A stretch of 64,000 nucleotides of DNA from a virus. The position numbers and the translations under genes were made by a program. Shown here in pieces: positions 50,770 through 60,872 of this stretch; positions within the stretch are counted from its first letter, which is position 1, and each line of letters starts with the position of its first letter. The notes under the pieces are model-generated. The model saw nothing but the letters and a program-made list of their open reading frames with translations. It did no database searches and had not been told where the DNA came from. Where the stretch lies: positions 32,001 to 96,000 of the IMG/VR virus record IMGVR_UViG_3300029305_000264; one strand, given 5' to 3'.

Positions 50770-51227
50770 CAAAGAAAATATGTGCATACTGCGGAAAAGC
50801 TTTCCCGGTGGATGAAAACAGAGGAAGTGACAAGCAGAAAAAGTATTGTTCATTCGATTGCTATGACAGCATGAACAATAAGAGGTTTTATCAGAAAAAG
50901 AAAAGAGAAAAGGCCGGGGAAGTAGTATTGCTTGATAAATACTGCGAATACTGCGGAAAGCTTTTCAAAGCCGCAAAAGGTCCAACAAAGTATTGTGGCA
51001 AAGAATGCCGGGATAAGGCATCAAACGAAAACCGGAAGGCATATGGTGCAGAGTACAGAAAAAGAAAAAAACAAGAAAAGCTTCAGGAAGAAGAATCGAA
51101 GAAGCATGACAATCTGCACGAAGCAAACGCAAAGGCAAGGGCATTTGCAAAGGGCATGAGTTATGGCAAATATTATGCAATGCTATATGCACAGGAACAG
51201 ATGCATGATGCAAAGAAAAGAAGGTGA
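50766..51227 (+). CDS. Double zinc-ribbon protein with GMSYGKY motif (paralogue C)
   Basis: CAYCGKAF..KYCSFDC, CEYCGKLF..KYCGKEC and AKGMSYGKYYA. Immediately upstream of the ThyX-like gene. Confidence 0.6.
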   Translation: MTKKICAYCGKAFPVDENRGSDKQKKYCSFDCYDSMNNKRFYQKKKREKAGEVVLLDKYCEYCGKLFKAAKGPTKYCGKECRDKASNENRKAYGAEYRKRKKQEKLQEEESKKHDNLHEANAKARAFAKGMSYGKYYAMLYAQEQMHDAKKRR

Positions 51228-51232
51228 TGTGA

Positions 51233-51799
51233 ATGATTGTTGAAAATGTAAATGTGTATGGAATTGAAAATGCTGTTCGTGGCAGCAAGTTTCCGATGGC
51301 CATTGATGCAAGCAGCCTGAATGGAGAAATGACAGAAAGAACAGTGAAGCTTGCGACATGTGAAAAGGGAAGTGGTCATGATCAGTTTCTGACCGGGATC
51401 ATTGTTCAGTTTGACTTGACATTCACTGTGAAGGCATGGACCGAAGCTGAAAGGTATCATTTTCTTGATTTCATTTCAAGTCAGTCAACCATGCACCGGA
51501 TAGCAAAGTTTGATCTTGATAATCAGTATAGTGAATATACGGATCCAAGAATGATTGCAATAATGAATGAGTTGAAAGACAGATACAATGAAACGCAGGA
51601 TCCGGAAGATTATCTTCGACTGTTGTATTCCAATCCATGCGGATTCAAATTGACTGCTGCAATGACAACCAATTACAGACAGCTGAAGACGATATATTCA
51701 CAAAGAAAAAACCACAGACTGCCTGAATGGAAGGAATTTTGCAGATGGATTGAATCACTTCCGCATTCTTATTTCATCACAGGTGCTGAAAAGTGTTAA
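51233..51799 (+). CDS. ThyX-fold-like protein with degenerate signature
   Basis: 188 aa. Residues ~43-165 differ from 9123-9686 at only 2 positions, although ~20% of nucleotides differ (synonymous changes). Confidence 0.5.
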   Translation: MIVENVNVYGIENAVRGSKFPMAIDASSLNGEMTERTVKLATCEKGSGHDQFLTGIIVQFDLTFTVKAWTEAERYHFLDFISSQSTMHRIAKFDLDNQYSEYTDPRMIAIMNELKDRYNETQDPEDYLRLLYSNPCGFKLTAAMTTNYRQLKTIYSQRKNHRLPEWKEFCRWIESLPHSYFITGAEKC

Positions 51800-51844
51800 A
51801 AAATGTATGTATTGTGACTTTTTTGCGAAAAGTTGTATAACATG

Positions 51845-51873
51845 TGACTGAATTCCTGTGATATTATTAAAAT
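51845..51873 (+). promoter_or_regulatory. Candidate late promoter (weak -35)
   Basis: TGACTG, 17 bp spacer, TAAAAT. Alternative: TTGTGA (51812), 18 bp spacer, TATAAC. TGTGAC/TGTGAT repeats nearby. Confidence 0.3.
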
Positions 51874-51888
51874 GAAAAATGATTCATG

Positions 51889-51927
51889 AAGGTGTTGCTT
51901 CCGGTTGGTGGCAGCACCTTTTCCTTT
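51889..51927 (+). terminator. Leader terminator 1 upstream of terS
   Basis: AAGGTGTTGC..GCAGCACCTT stem followed by TTCCTTT. Confidence 0.55.
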
Positions 51928-51972
51928 GGCCTTGAATGATGCTCAATACTCCTGCATTCAGGGCCTTTTGTT
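51928..51972 (+). terminator. Leader terminator 2 upstream of terS
   Basis: GGCCTTGAATG, 16-nt loop, CATTCAGGGCC, then TTTTGTT. Confidence 0.55.
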
Positions 51973-51989
51973 CAAAGGTGGTGATTGTG

Positions 51990-52487
51990 ATGGCTAAACT
52001 AACAGCCAAACAGCAAAGATTCTGTGATGAATATCTGATTGACTTAAATGCCACACAAGCAGCTATAAGAGCGGGATATTCTGAAAAGACAGCAGCAGTA
52101 ATTGCAACAGAAAACCTAAGAAAACCTAACATCAAGGAATATATCGAAAATCGGCTTGCAGAGAAGGAAAAGGACCTGATTGCGGACCAAGATGAAGTGA
52201 TGAAGTACTTGACAGCGGTAATGCGAAGGGAAATGAAAGAATCTGTTGTTGTGACATTACAGAATAAAGTGGAAAAATGGGTGAAGGATGAAGATACAGG
52301 GAAATTGAAGAAGCAGACTGTCACAGAAGAAAGTCCGGCAGTTGTTGAAATTCCTGCAAGGCTGTCCGATTCCAACAAGGCCGCAGAACTTCTTGGAAAG
52401 CGTTATGGCCTGTATACAGAAAAGGTTGAAGCTGATGTTGACATGAGTTTGAATATCAGTGTTGATTATGGGGATGAAGATGAATGA
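51990..52487 (+). CDS. terS: Terminase small subunit
   Basis: MAKLTAKQQRFCDEYLIDLNATQAAIRAGYSEKTA. Confidence 0.85.
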   Translation: MAKLTAKQQRFCDEYLIDLNATQAAIRAGYSEKTAAVIATENLRKPNIKEYIENRLAEKEKDLIADQDEVMKYLTAVMRREMKESVVVTLQNKVEKWVKDEDTGKLKKQTVTEESPAVVEIPARLSDSNKAAELLGKRYGLYTEKVEADVDMSLNISVDYGDEDE

Positions 52488-53719
52488 ATATAAAAGTTCA
52501 GATGAATCCCGGATTCCGGGAAGTGGACCGAAGCAAAAAGCGGTATATTGTCATGAAAGGATCAGCCGGATCCGGAAAATCTGTTGATACTGCACAGAAT
52601 TACATTCTGCGATTGATGCAGGATCCAGGAAGAAACCTTGTGGCAATGAGAAAATCAGACATCAGCAACAGGGATTCAACCTTTGCTGAATTGACAGGTG
52701 CTTTATATAAGATGTTTGGTGATCAATATGATAAGTATTGGAAAGTAAACAAATCACCAATGGCATTGACATTCATTCCAAATGGAAATCAGATCATCTT
52801 CCGGGGAATGAATGATGATAGGCAAAGAGAAAAACTAAAGTCAATCACATTCCCAAAAGGGAAGCTGACAGATGTTTGGTTGGAAGAAGCAACGGAATTC
52901 ACACAGGCAGACTTGGAAATCATTGATGACCGTTTGCGTGGTGAACTTCCGGAAGGACAATTTTATCAGATCAGAATGACCTTCAATCCGGTGAACAAGA
53001 ATCATTGGATCAAGAAGGTCTTTTTCGATATTCCGGATCCGAATGTGCTGACACATCATTCAACATATCTTCAGAACCGTTTCATTGATGCTGCCTACAA
53101 GCAGCGAATGGAAAGAAGAAAGATTGTGGATCCTGAAGGGTATCAAATATATGGCCTTGGTGAATGGGGTGAAATCGGTGGATTGATCCTTCACAATTGG
53201 GAAGTGAAAGAGATCTCACAGAATCCTGCCGATTATGATGATTTTGCAATTGGTCAGGACTTTGGTTTCAACCATGCGAATGCAATCCTTCCATGCGGAA
53301 CCAAGGATGGTGACATCTACATCACGAAGGAAATATATGAATTTGAAAAGGACACATCAGAATTGATTGAAATGGCAAAGGCTGCTGACATACCACGAAA
53401 CAAGCAGATGTGGTGTGATTCAGCAGAACCGGACAGAATCAAGATGTGGCAGAAGGGTGGATATAACCGGGCAAAAGGTGTTGACAAGGGTGGTTCCGGT
53501 GGATCTGTGAAGGCACAGATTGATTATCTGAAGCAGCGGAAAATATATGTGCATCCTTCTTGTGTGAATACCATCAAGGAATTGCAGCAATGGAAATGGA
53601 AGAAGGATGACCGAACAGGGGAATATTTGGATGAACCTGTGGCATTCCAAGATGATGCAATGGCAGCCTTGCGTTATGTAATCGAAGGATGGAGAAAACA
53701 GAAGGGATGGCTTATATAG
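52484..53719 (+). CDS. terL: Terminase large subunit (PBSX-like)
   Basis: 411 aa with Walker A KGSAGSGKS. Confidence 0.9.
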   Translation: MNIKVQMNPGFREVDRSKKRYIVMKGSAGSGKSVDTAQNYILRLMQDPGRNLVAMRKSDISNRDSTFAELTGALYKMFGDQYDKYWKVNKSPMALTFIPNGNQIIFRGMNDDRQREKLKSITFPKGKLTDVWLEEATEFTQADLEIIDDRLRGELPEGQFYQIRMTFNPVNKNHWIKKVFFDIPDPNVLTHHSTYLQNRFIDAAYKQRMERRKIVDPEGYQIYGLGEWGEIGGLILHNWEVKEISQNPADYDDFAIGQDFGFNHANAILPCGTKDGDIYITKEIYEFEKDTSELIEMAKAADIPRNKQMWCDSAEPDRIKMWQKGGYNRAKGVDKGGSGGSVKAQIDYLKQRKIYVHPSCVNTIKELQQWKWKKDDRTGEYLDEPVAFQDDAMAALRYVIEGWRKQKGWLI

Positions 53720-53731
53720 AAAGGTGGTTGC

Positions 53732-53869
53732 ATGTTAAGAAGATTTATCAAAGAGTTTATCAAAAAGCATTTTGACTATCGCATTGTAGGTGAATACCTT
53801 GACCGGGAGCATGGGAACCATTACCGGGTTAAATACATCAAGAAGTGGTATTTGAGAAAGAACAGGTAA
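53732..53869 (+). CDS. 45-aa basic mini-protein
   Basis: MLRRFIKEFIKKHFDYRIVGEYLDREHGNHYRVKYIKKWYLRKNR. Inserted between terL and portal. No equivalent in prophage 1. Confidence 0.3.
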   Translation: MLRRFIKEFIKKHFDYRIVGEYLDREHGNHYRVKYIKKWYLRKNR

Positions 53870-53885
53870 GGAAAGGGGTGCAAAG

Positions 53886-55376
53886 ATGCTTTCAATTGAA
53901 GAAATAAAGCAGTTTATTGACGAAGACAGAAGTGCAGACAATAAAAGGTTTGCAAGGATCGGTCAGAGATACTACGAAGGGGAACACGACATCAAGCAAT
54001 ACCGGGTGTTCTATTATGATGCTGACGGAAAGATCCAGGAAGACACGACAAGGGCAAATGTGCGGAATGCACATCCGTTCTTTGCTGAATTGGTTGATCA
54101 GGTGGTGCAGTACATTCTTTCCGGGGATGATGGCCTGTTCAAGTCGGATGATCCGAAGCTTCAGGAAGAATTGGACACATACTTCAACAACAATGAAGAT
54201 TTTGCTTCTGAAGTGGCTGAACTTCTCACAGACAGCAGTGCAAAAGGCTTTGGCTATTTGTACGCATACAAGAATGCGGATGACCGGATTGCCTTTCAGT
54301 GTGCTGACAGCTTGGGTGTGATTGAGGTCCGGGAAAAGGACACTGATGATGGTTGTGCATATGTCATCTATCACTATATTGATAGAATCGACAAGGGCAG
54401 GAAGGAAATCACTAGAATCCAAGTGTGGGATGACAAGCAGGCATATTTCTATGTTATGGGATCCGATGGAAAGATCATTGAAGATGATTCTGTGAAGATC
54501 AATCCAAGACCGCACACCACATGGAAGAAGGAAAACGATGATTCCACCTATTTTGAAGGATTCGGGTTCATTCCGTTCTTCCGGTTGGATAACAACAAAA
54601 AGAAATTCAGTGACTTGAAACCGATCAAGGACCTGATTGATGACTATGATTTGATGGCAAGCAGCCTTTCAAACAATCTGATTGACTTTGACACACCGAT
54701 TCATGTTGTGAAGGGATTCCAAGGTGACAACCTTGATGAATTGCAGACCACTTTGAAGACCAAGAAGATCATCGGCACTGATGAAAATGGTGGTGTTGAG
54801 GTTCACACAGTCGATGTTCCGTATAAGGCACGACAGGCAAAATTGGAATTGGATGAAAAGAACATTTACAGATTCGGTTTCGGCTTGAATATGTCCGGTC
54901 TGAAGGACACTTCTGCAACCACTAACATTGCAATCAAGGCAATGTATTCCCTTCTTGACCTGAAGGCAACCAAGAAGGAAATCAAGCTGAAGCAGATGTT
55001 CCGGAAGATCCTGAAGATTGTCCTTGATGAAATCAATGAAATCAATGGCACTGATTATCAGCAGAAGGATGTATATTTCAATTTTGCACATGAAGTGATG
55101 TCCAATGCACAGGAGAATGCACAGATCGCATTGTTGGAAGCACAGGAGCAGCAGGCAAGAATCAACACACTGCTTTCCCTTGCAACACAGCTTGGAAATG
55201 AACTTCTGATGCAGAACATCTGTGATGTGCTTGACATCGACTATGAAGAAATCAAAGGAATGCTTCCGGATCCGGATGAAGCTGAAAATGAACTGAAGGC
55301 TGCACAGGGTGCTTTGAATGAGGTGATGACAGATGAACCGCAGACAGAAGGAAATGCTTCAAATATCCCTGAATAG
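53886..55376 (+). CDS. Portal protein (SPP1 gp6-like)
   Basis: 496 aa. Homologue of 14215-15687. Confidence 0.85.
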   Translation: MLSIEEIKQFIDEDRSADNKRFARIGQRYYEGEHDIKQYRVFYYDADGKIQEDTTRANVRNAHPFFAELVDQVVQYILSGDDGLFKSDDPKLQEELDTYFNNNEDFASEVAELLTDSSAKGFGYLYAYKNADDRIAFQCADSLGVIEVREKDTDDGCAYVIYHYIDRIDKGRKEITRIQVWDDKQAYFYVMGSDGKIIEDDSVKINPRPHTTWKKENDDSTYFEGFGFIPFFRLDNNKKKFSDLKPIKDLIDDYDLMASSLSNNLIDFDTPIHVVKGFQGDNLDELQTTLKTKKIIGTDENGGVEVHTVDVPYKARQAKLELDEKNIYRFGFGLNMSGLKDTSATTNIAIKAMYSLLDLKATKKEIKLKQMFRKILKIVLDEINEINGTDYQQKDVYFNFAHEVMSNAQENAQIALLEAQEQQARINTLLSLATQLGNELLMQNICDVLDIDYEEIKGMLPDPDEAENELKAAQGALNEVMTDEPQTEGNASNIPE

Positions 55377-56385
55377 TGAAAAGGAAGTCCTGAAAAGACT
55401 GACTGAAAACTATCAGGATGCATTGGCAGAGGTTGAAACAAGAATTGCAATCCTTCAGATGCGTGGGGATGCCGATCTTCAACATGTCATCTACCAAGTA
55501 GAATATCAGAAGCAGTTGAAATCACAGATTGAAACAATCTTGGAGCAGCTGCACAATGATAATTTTGAAACAGTTTCTGAATATCTGACAAAGTGCTATG
55601 AACAGGGATTCATCGGCACTTTGTATGATATACAAGGGCAGGGGATTCCATTGGTGTTCCCGATTGATCAGGAAATGGTTGCAGCTGCAATTCAGCATGA
55701 AACACAGCTGTCAACATCCCTTTATGCGGCACTTGGAAAGGACACCAAGGATCTTTCCAAGAAGATTGCTTCGGAAATCAGCCGGGGGATCACAAGCAAT
55801 GCAATGTATAACGAGATTGCAAGAAACCTTTCAGCATATGCAGGAATCAGCAAAAACAATGCAATGCGTATTGCAAGGACAGAAGGCCACAGAATCCAAA
55901 ACAAGGCCATTTCCAATGCACAGCACCATGCAAAGGACCGGGGAGCCGATATTGTGAAGATTTGGAGTGCTGCACTTGACAGCAAAACAAGAGATACACA
56001 CAGATTGCTTGATGGACAGGTCCGGGAATTGGATGAACCGTTTGAAATCTATGGCATGGAAGCAATGGAACCGGGTGGATTCGGTGAACCTTCCGAAGAC
56101 ATCAATTGCAGATGCCGATGTGATTCAAAGGCAAGGTGGTTGCTTGGAGAGGAAGAAACAAAATACATTGGTGATACTGACAAGATGTCCGATGATGACC
56201 TTGAACCGATTGCCGGGAAGCTTGGGATCTCCGTTGATGCATTGCGGCAATACAAGGATGAAATCATCCCGGTGAAGGCAAGAAACTATGATGATTTCAA
56301 AAGGCAGTATGACAAGATCTATAATTATCGCAACTCTGAAGAATACAAGAAAGCACAGGAAAGGATTGCAGGTAAAGAAGAATGA
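55333..56385 (+). CDS. MuF/SPP1 gp7-like head morphogenesis protein (no C-terminal extension)
   Basis: 350 aa. ARTEGHRIQNKA and LDSKTRDTHRLLDG. Confidence 0.8.
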   Translation: MNRRQKEMLQISLNSEKEVLKRLTENYQDALAEVETRIAILQMRGDADLQHVIYQVEYQKQLKSQIETILEQLHNDNFETVSEYLTKCYEQGFIGTLYDIQGQGIPLVFPIDQEMVAAAIQHETQLSTSLYAALGKDTKDLSKKIASEISRGITSNAMYNEIARNLSAYAGISKNNAMRIARTEGHRIQNKAISNAQHHAKDRGADIVKIWSAALDSKTRDTHRLLDGQVRELDEPFEIYGMEAMEPGGFGEPSEDINCRCRCDSKARWLLGEEETKYIGDTDKMSDDDLEPIAGKLGISVDALRQYKDEIIPVKARNYDDFKRQYDKIYNYRNSEEYKKAQERIAGKEE

Positions 56386-56531
56386 AATGTAAATACATGA
56401 TTGAAAAAACACTGCATCCGACTTCTGCTTCATGTATTGTCCGGATGTGGTGCAAGATCAAAAACAAGTTTTGTATTGGGAAATGTGATCAATACAAAGA
56501 AATGAAAGAGAAGAAAGGCAGTCAAAAATAG
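56382..56531 (+). CDS. 49-aa Cys-rich mini-protein
   Basis: ATGA overlap with the MuF stop. MKCKYMIEKTLHPTSASCIVRMWCKIKNKFCIGKCDQYKE.. Confidence 0.3.
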   Translation: MKCKYMIEKTLHPTSASCIVRMWCKIKNKFCIGKCDQYKEMKEKKGSQK

Positions 56532-56543
56532 ACTGCTTTTTTA
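56518..56543 (+). terminator. Intrinsic terminator
   Basis: GCAGTC, AAAAATA loop, GACTGC, then TTTTTT. Confidence 0.65.
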
Positions 56544-56658
56544 TATGCCAAGAAGGGGGCATTTATCCCTTCAAATTTGTCCTGTCGCATGACATTAAAA
56601 CTAGGCTTGCAGTGGTGACACCACGATTAAAAACAACGCAAAAGAAAGGAAAGATGGT

Positions 56659-57279
56659 ATGGAATTTTTGAAGGAGATTTTGGGGGAAGACCTTTTCAAG
56701 CAGTTTTCCGAAAAAGTGAATGCCTACAATGGGGATGAAGCAAACAAGGACAAGCAAATCAAGCTTGCAAATCTGACATCCGGTGAATATGTAGGCAAGG
56801 GCAAGCATGATGCACTTCAGGCATTGTTCGATGGTCAGAAAACGGAACTGGAACAGGCAAATGGCCTGATCGCAGAACTGAAGAAGGGAACGAAGGGCAA
56901 TGAGGAATTGCAGGGCAAGATCACAGGCTATGAAACGCAGGTGGCAGACTTGCAGAAACAGCTTCAGGAAACGAAGATGAAATCTGCAATCAAGGTGGCA
57001 CTGCTTTCCGAAAAGGCACTTGATGTGGACTATCTCACTTTCAAGCTGAATGAAAAGCTGAATGCAGAGGGCAAATCCCTTGAACTTGACGAAAATGACA
57101 ACATCAAAGATTGGAAGACTTACAGTGACGGACTGAAGACACAGTTCCCGAACATGTATGAATCAGCTTCACAGAAGAAGATTGATGAAAACAAGCTTCC
57201 GGGTTCCGATGCCGGACATGGCAGTTCTGAACCGAAGTCACTTGCTGAAGCACTTCAGCAGCAATTTGAATCCAAATAA
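56659..57279 (+). CDS. Scaffolding protein (GP20-like)
   Basis: MEFLKEILGEDLFKQFSEKVNAYNGDEANKDKQIKLANL. Homologue of 18724-19404. Confidence 0.7.
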   Translation: MEFLKEILGEDLFKQFSEKVNAYNGDEANKDKQIKLANLTSGEYVGKGKHDALQALFDGQKTELEQANGLIAELKKGTKGNEELQGKITGYETQVADLQKQLQETKMKSAIKVALLSEKALDVDYLTFKLNEKLNAEGKSLELDENDNIKDWKTYSDGLKTQFPNMYESASQKKIDENKLPGSDAGHGSSEPKSLAEALQQQFESK

Positions 57280-57307
57280 CAGAAAAGAAAGGTAAATGGT
57301 GATTATT

Positions 57308-58279
57308 ATGGCTATGACATTAGCAGAAATGAAAGTCGGTATGGCCGACAAGGTAAGTCAGCAGATCGTTGACATCTTTTTGAGAAAGTCTGAAATTCTT
57401 CAGATGCTTCCGTTTGACAATTGTGTTTCTCCGTCTGCCGGTGGTGGCAGCACCTTGACTTATTCCTATGTTCAGAAGAAGCTTCCGGCAACCGCTGCAT
57501 TCAGAGCACTGAACAATGACTACACCGCAAATCAGGCAACTGTTGAAACGAAGACTGTTGCACTGAAGATCTTCGGTGGTTCCTTCGAGATGGACCGTGT
57601 GTTGAAGCAGGCTGAAGGCAAGTTCAACAACATGGCATATCAGTTCGAAGAGAAGATTGCAGCTGCAATTTCCCTTTTCCATTACACCTTGATCAATGGT
57701 AACAGCACCACAACAACGGATGAATTCGATGGCCTTGACAAGATGCTTGCAGGCACTGCTTCCGAATTCAACGCAGGTGATTCTGTGATTGATCTTTCCA
57801 CGATGGCAAACCTGAAGACCAACATGGATCAGTTCTATGAAATGCTTCAGAACCTTATCAAGAAGACCAACGCAGATGCACTTCTGATGAACACTGACAT
57901 GATCAGCAAGGTTCAGACCATTGCAAGACTTCTTGGCTACAAGACCGAAACCGAAGAAGCTTTCGGCAAGAGAGTGACCGTCATGGATGGTGTTCGTTTC
58001 ATGGATCTTGGCAATCATTACACTGTTTCCGGTGGCACTGTGACTGCAAATTCCTGTGTGAAGGTGAATTCCGGTGTTACTGACATCTATGCAGCGAAGT
58101 TCGATGTGAACAATGGTTTCCATGCAGCTTCCTTGACCGGAAACGGTGCAATCACTTCCTATGTTCCGGATTTCAGTCAGCCGGGTGCAGTGAAGAAGGG
58201 TGAAGTTGAAATGGTTGCAGCAACCGTTCTGAAGAACACTGCAAATGCAGGTGTACTCCGCAACATCAAGATTGCGTAA
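57308..58279 (+). CDS. Major capsid protein (different family from the prophage 1 capsid)
   Basis: ~323 aa. Follows the scaffold gene. ..LPFDNC.....GGGSTLTYSYVQKKLPATAAFRALNNDY pattern. Confidence 0.65.
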   Translation: MAMTLAEMKVGMADKVSQQIVDIFLRKSEILQMLPFDNCVSPSAGGGSTLTYSYVQKKLPATAAFRALNNDYTANQATVETKTVALKIFGGSFEMDRVLKQAEGKFNNMAYQFEEKIAAAISLFHYTLINGNSTTTTDEFDGLDKMLAGTASEFNAGDSVIDLSTMANLKTNMDQFYEMLQNLIKKTNADALLMNTDMISKVQTIARLLGYKTETEEAFGKRVTVMDGVRFMDLGNHYTVSGGTVTANSCVKVNSGVTDIYAAKFDVNNGFHAASLTGNGAITSYVPDFSQPGAVKKGEVEMVAATVLKNTANAGVLRNIKIA

Positions 58280-58293
58280 GTAAAAATGTGAAT

Positions 58294-58319
58294 GGTGCGG
58301 TGGCATAGTCTGCCGCACC
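58294..58319 (+). terminator. Hairpin after the capsid gene (attenuator-like, no U tract)
   Basis: GGTGCGGTGG..CTGCCGCACC stem of ~10 bp. Confidence 0.3.
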
Positions 58320-58343
58320 TTATAAAAGAAAGGATGAATCAAC

Positions 58344-58583
58344 ATGGCAAAGAATAATGCAGAAGTAAATGCAGAAGTAGAAGTAAAGGAAGAAGCAGCA
58401 GAAGCAAAGGCAAAGGCAAAGAAGGAAAAGAAGTGGTTGGTTAAGGTGAAGGCCAATCCGAATTTCTGTGGCATTGATGCCGGAAGTGTGCAGTTCGCAC
58501 ATGGTCAGGCAGTCATCACTGATGCAAGAATGGCAGCATGGTTCCGCAGTCATGAAGGCTATGAAGTGACGGATGCTGAATAA
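58344..58583 (+). CDS. Hypothetical head-module protein
   Basis: 79 aa. Lys/Glu/Ala-rich N terminus. No counterpart in prophage 1. Confidence 0.45.
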   Translation: MAKNNAEVNAEVEVKEEAAEAKAKAKKEKKWLVKVKANPNFCGIDAGSVQFAHGQAVITDARMAAWFRSHEGYEVTDAE

Positions 58584-58601
58584 TGAAAGGGGGAATCCCT
58601 G

Positions 58602-59132
58602 ATGATTATGACAGCAGAAGAATTCAAGACTTATGTGACAACCGATGTTGCAGATGCAGTGATTGAAGCAAAGCTTCAGGCAATCGAATTGCTGATCAGA
58701 AGACACACCAACAACAACTTTCAGCAAAGGGCAATCCGGACTGTTGGAACAATAGAGGATGGGAAGTTGTATTGTGATGTTTCCATGTTCAGGGCAGGTG
58801 ACACAATACAGATCACTGAATCGAATTTCAATGAAGGTCTTTATGTTGTTTCTAAGGTTGAAGAAGAAGGTGATGATGTCATTGCACTTCCGGGAACCTT
58901 GGATGAAACTGATGTCCTTGTGACGAAAGTTGCATATCCGATGGATGTGAAGATGGGTGTTGTGAACATGATGAAATGGGATCTTGAAAATAGGGATAAG
59001 GTTGGCATACAGTCTGAAACGCTTTCCCGGCATTCTGTGACCTATTTCAACATGGATGGGGATAATTCCACACTTGGTTTTCCGAAGTCCTTGATCGGCT
59101 TCCTACGGCCTTACATGAAGGCTAGATTCTAG
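58602..59132 (+). CDS. Head-tail connector (gp6-like adaptor)
   Basis: Homologue of 20300-20821. Confidence 0.6.
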   Translation: MIMTAEEFKTYVTTDVADAVIEAKLQAIELLIRRHTNNNFQQRAIRTVGTIEDGKLYCDVSMFRAGDTIQITESNFNEGLYVVSKVEEEGDDVIALPGTLDETDVLVTKVAYPMDVKMGVVNMMKWDLENRDKVGIQSETLSRHSVTYFNMDGDNSTLGFPKSLIGFLRPYMKARF

Positions 59133-59143
59133 GGGGTGATTGC

Positions 59144-59476
59144 ATGATTGGTGGCAATACAATTGCACAGTTTCAGATCAGCACCACAACCAAGAATGAA
59201 ATTGGTGAATCTGTGAAGTCATGGGAAACCATCCACAACATTGCAGGGTTCCTTGATCTTTCTTCCGGTGATTCCAAATACACGACATTCAATGCGAAGA
59301 TCCAGGAATCAACACATGTGTTTGTTTCTGATTGGAAGCAGCTTGATCCGTCTGTGAAGGCAGAAAACAGCAGAATGATTGTGAACAATGGTGTGTATGA
59401 TGTCATGTTGATTGATGATCCTATGGGATTGCACAAACAGCTTGAAATCTATCTGAAGTACACAGGGGGGCAGTGA
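59144..59476 (+). CDS. Head closure protein
   Basis: Homologue of 20833-21192. Confidence 0.6.
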   Translation: MIGGNTIAQFQISTTTKNEIGESVKSWETIHNIAGFLDLSSGDSKYTTFNAKIQESTHVFVSDWKQLDPSVKAENSRMIVNNGVYDVMLIDDPMGLHKQLEIYLKYTGGQ

Positions 59477-59477
59477 C

Positions 59478-59894
59478 ATGGCTGTTCATTTTGAAGATAA
59501 TTCAATGAGAGTTAGGGAAGAAATGAATCAGGCTGCAATTGCCTATCTGTATGAATCAGCGGAATCACTTGCTTCACAGACAGCAGACAATTCAAGAGTT
59601 GGAACCGGACAGCTGAAAAATTCATGGACCTACAAAGTCGATGAATCGAAGCTTGAAGCAGTGATCGGTTCACCACTTCAGAATGCTATATGGGAAGAAT
59701 TCGGAACAGGTGAATATGCCTTGAAGGGTGATGGCCGGAAAGGTGGTTGGGTGTACCGGGATGAAAAGACCGGGGAATTCCATCACACATATGGTAAAAC
59801 ACCAAACCGGGCATTGCAGAATGCATTCAACACATTGAAGAATGCCATCATCAGAAGGGCAACAGAGGTTCTGAAGGCCCGAATGGAAGAATAG
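59478..59894 (+). CDS. HK97 gp10-like tail-completion protein
   Basis: Homologue of 21195-21605. Confidence 0.6.
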   Translation: MAVHFEDNSMRVREEMNQAAIAYLYESAESLASQTADNSRVGTGQLKNSWTYKVDESKLEAVIGSPLQNAIWEEFGTGEYALKGDGRKGGWVYRDEKTGEFHHTYGKTPNRALQNAFNTLKNAIIRRATEVLKARMEE

Positions 59895-59902
59895 GAAGGT
59901 GA

Positions 59903-60292
59903 ATGATGACAACAGCAGCTTTGGGATTCATAAAAGATGCAATGGATTCAGCCGGGATTCCGTATGAATTTATGGAATTCACTTCTGATGTTTCTTCCGT
60001 TCCTGTGTATTGGGTAGGATCTTATTCTGAAGTGACACCGGATGCAGAAGATGGGGAGCAGGAAACGCAATTCATCTTGACAGGAACCGGAAAAGGAACA
60101 TGGTTGGATCTTGAACGACAGAAAGCAACAATTGAACAATTATTCCCTATGATTGGGGGAACCACAGCAGTCCTTCCGAATGGAAATGGGATTGCTGTTT
60201 TTTATGGGAATGCATTCCCTGTTCCAACAGGTGAAGGATCCCTGAAAAGATTGCAAATCAATCTAATAATTAAAGAATGGAAGGTGAATTGA
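59903..60292 (+). CDS. Putative tail terminator / structural protein
   Basis: Homologue of 21602-21994. Confidence 0.4.
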   Translation: MMTTAALGFIKDAMDSAGIPYEFMEFTSDVSSVPVYWVGSYSEVTPDAEDGEQETQFILTGTGKGTWLDLERQKATIEQLFPMIGGTTAVLPNGNGIAVFYGNAFPVPTGEGSLKRLQINLIIKEWKVN

Positions 60293-60293
60293 T

Positions 60294-60872
60294 ATGGCAG
60301 AAGCAGGAAAAAGTGGTGTTTCGGCTAACACTCCGAAGAAGGTTCTTTTTGGTGCAGGCACTATTCATAAGGGTTTGAAGTTTTCCGGTGATTCGTGGAA
60401 CTTTACGGAAACCATTGTCGGTGCAACTTCGGGTGGTTCCAAGTTTGAAGTCATTCCGACACTGACTGAAATTGAAGTGGATGGTGCATTGGTTCCGGTC
60501 AAGGGCCTGACACATAAGAAGACCGGAGAAGCGGCAACAATGGAAGTGAACTTCATTGAATTGACCGATGATGTCATGAAGGCGGCATTGATTGCACAGC
60601 TTGGCATTTCTGAAGATGATGCATATTCGGTGCTTGAATCCAAGCCGGACATTGAAGAAGGTGACTATTGGGATAACATTGCATTTGTAGGAAAGGATCT
60701 GAATGGTGGCAACATCATTGCTATTCTTCCGAATGCACTTTGTACTTCCGGCCTTTCCTTAGAAGGCAAGGATAAGGAAGCAAGCAAGCCTGCGGTGACT
60801 TTCGTTTGCACAGCAGACAGCACCGGGGAACTTGACAAGCTTCCTTGGAAGATTTATAGACCTGTAGCATAA
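60294..60872 (+). CDS. Major tail protein
   Basis: Homologue of 21994-22581. Confidence 0.6.
   Translation: MAEAGKSGVSANTPKKVLFGAGTIHKGLKFSGDSWNFTETIVGATSGGSKFEVIPTLTEIEVDGALVPVKGLTHKKTGEAATMEVNFIELTDDVMKAALIAQLGISEDDAYSVLESKPDIEEGDYWDNIAFVGKDLNGGNIIAILPNALCTSGLSLEGKDKEASKPAVTFVCTADSTGELDKLPWKIYRPVA

Noticed and set aside
57320-58474. 384-aa minus-strand ORF
   Set aside because: It lies entirely antisense to the well-supported capsid gene and the following ORF. The sequence is Cys/His/Phe-rich and low in complexity, with no RBS. It is a shadow ORF.
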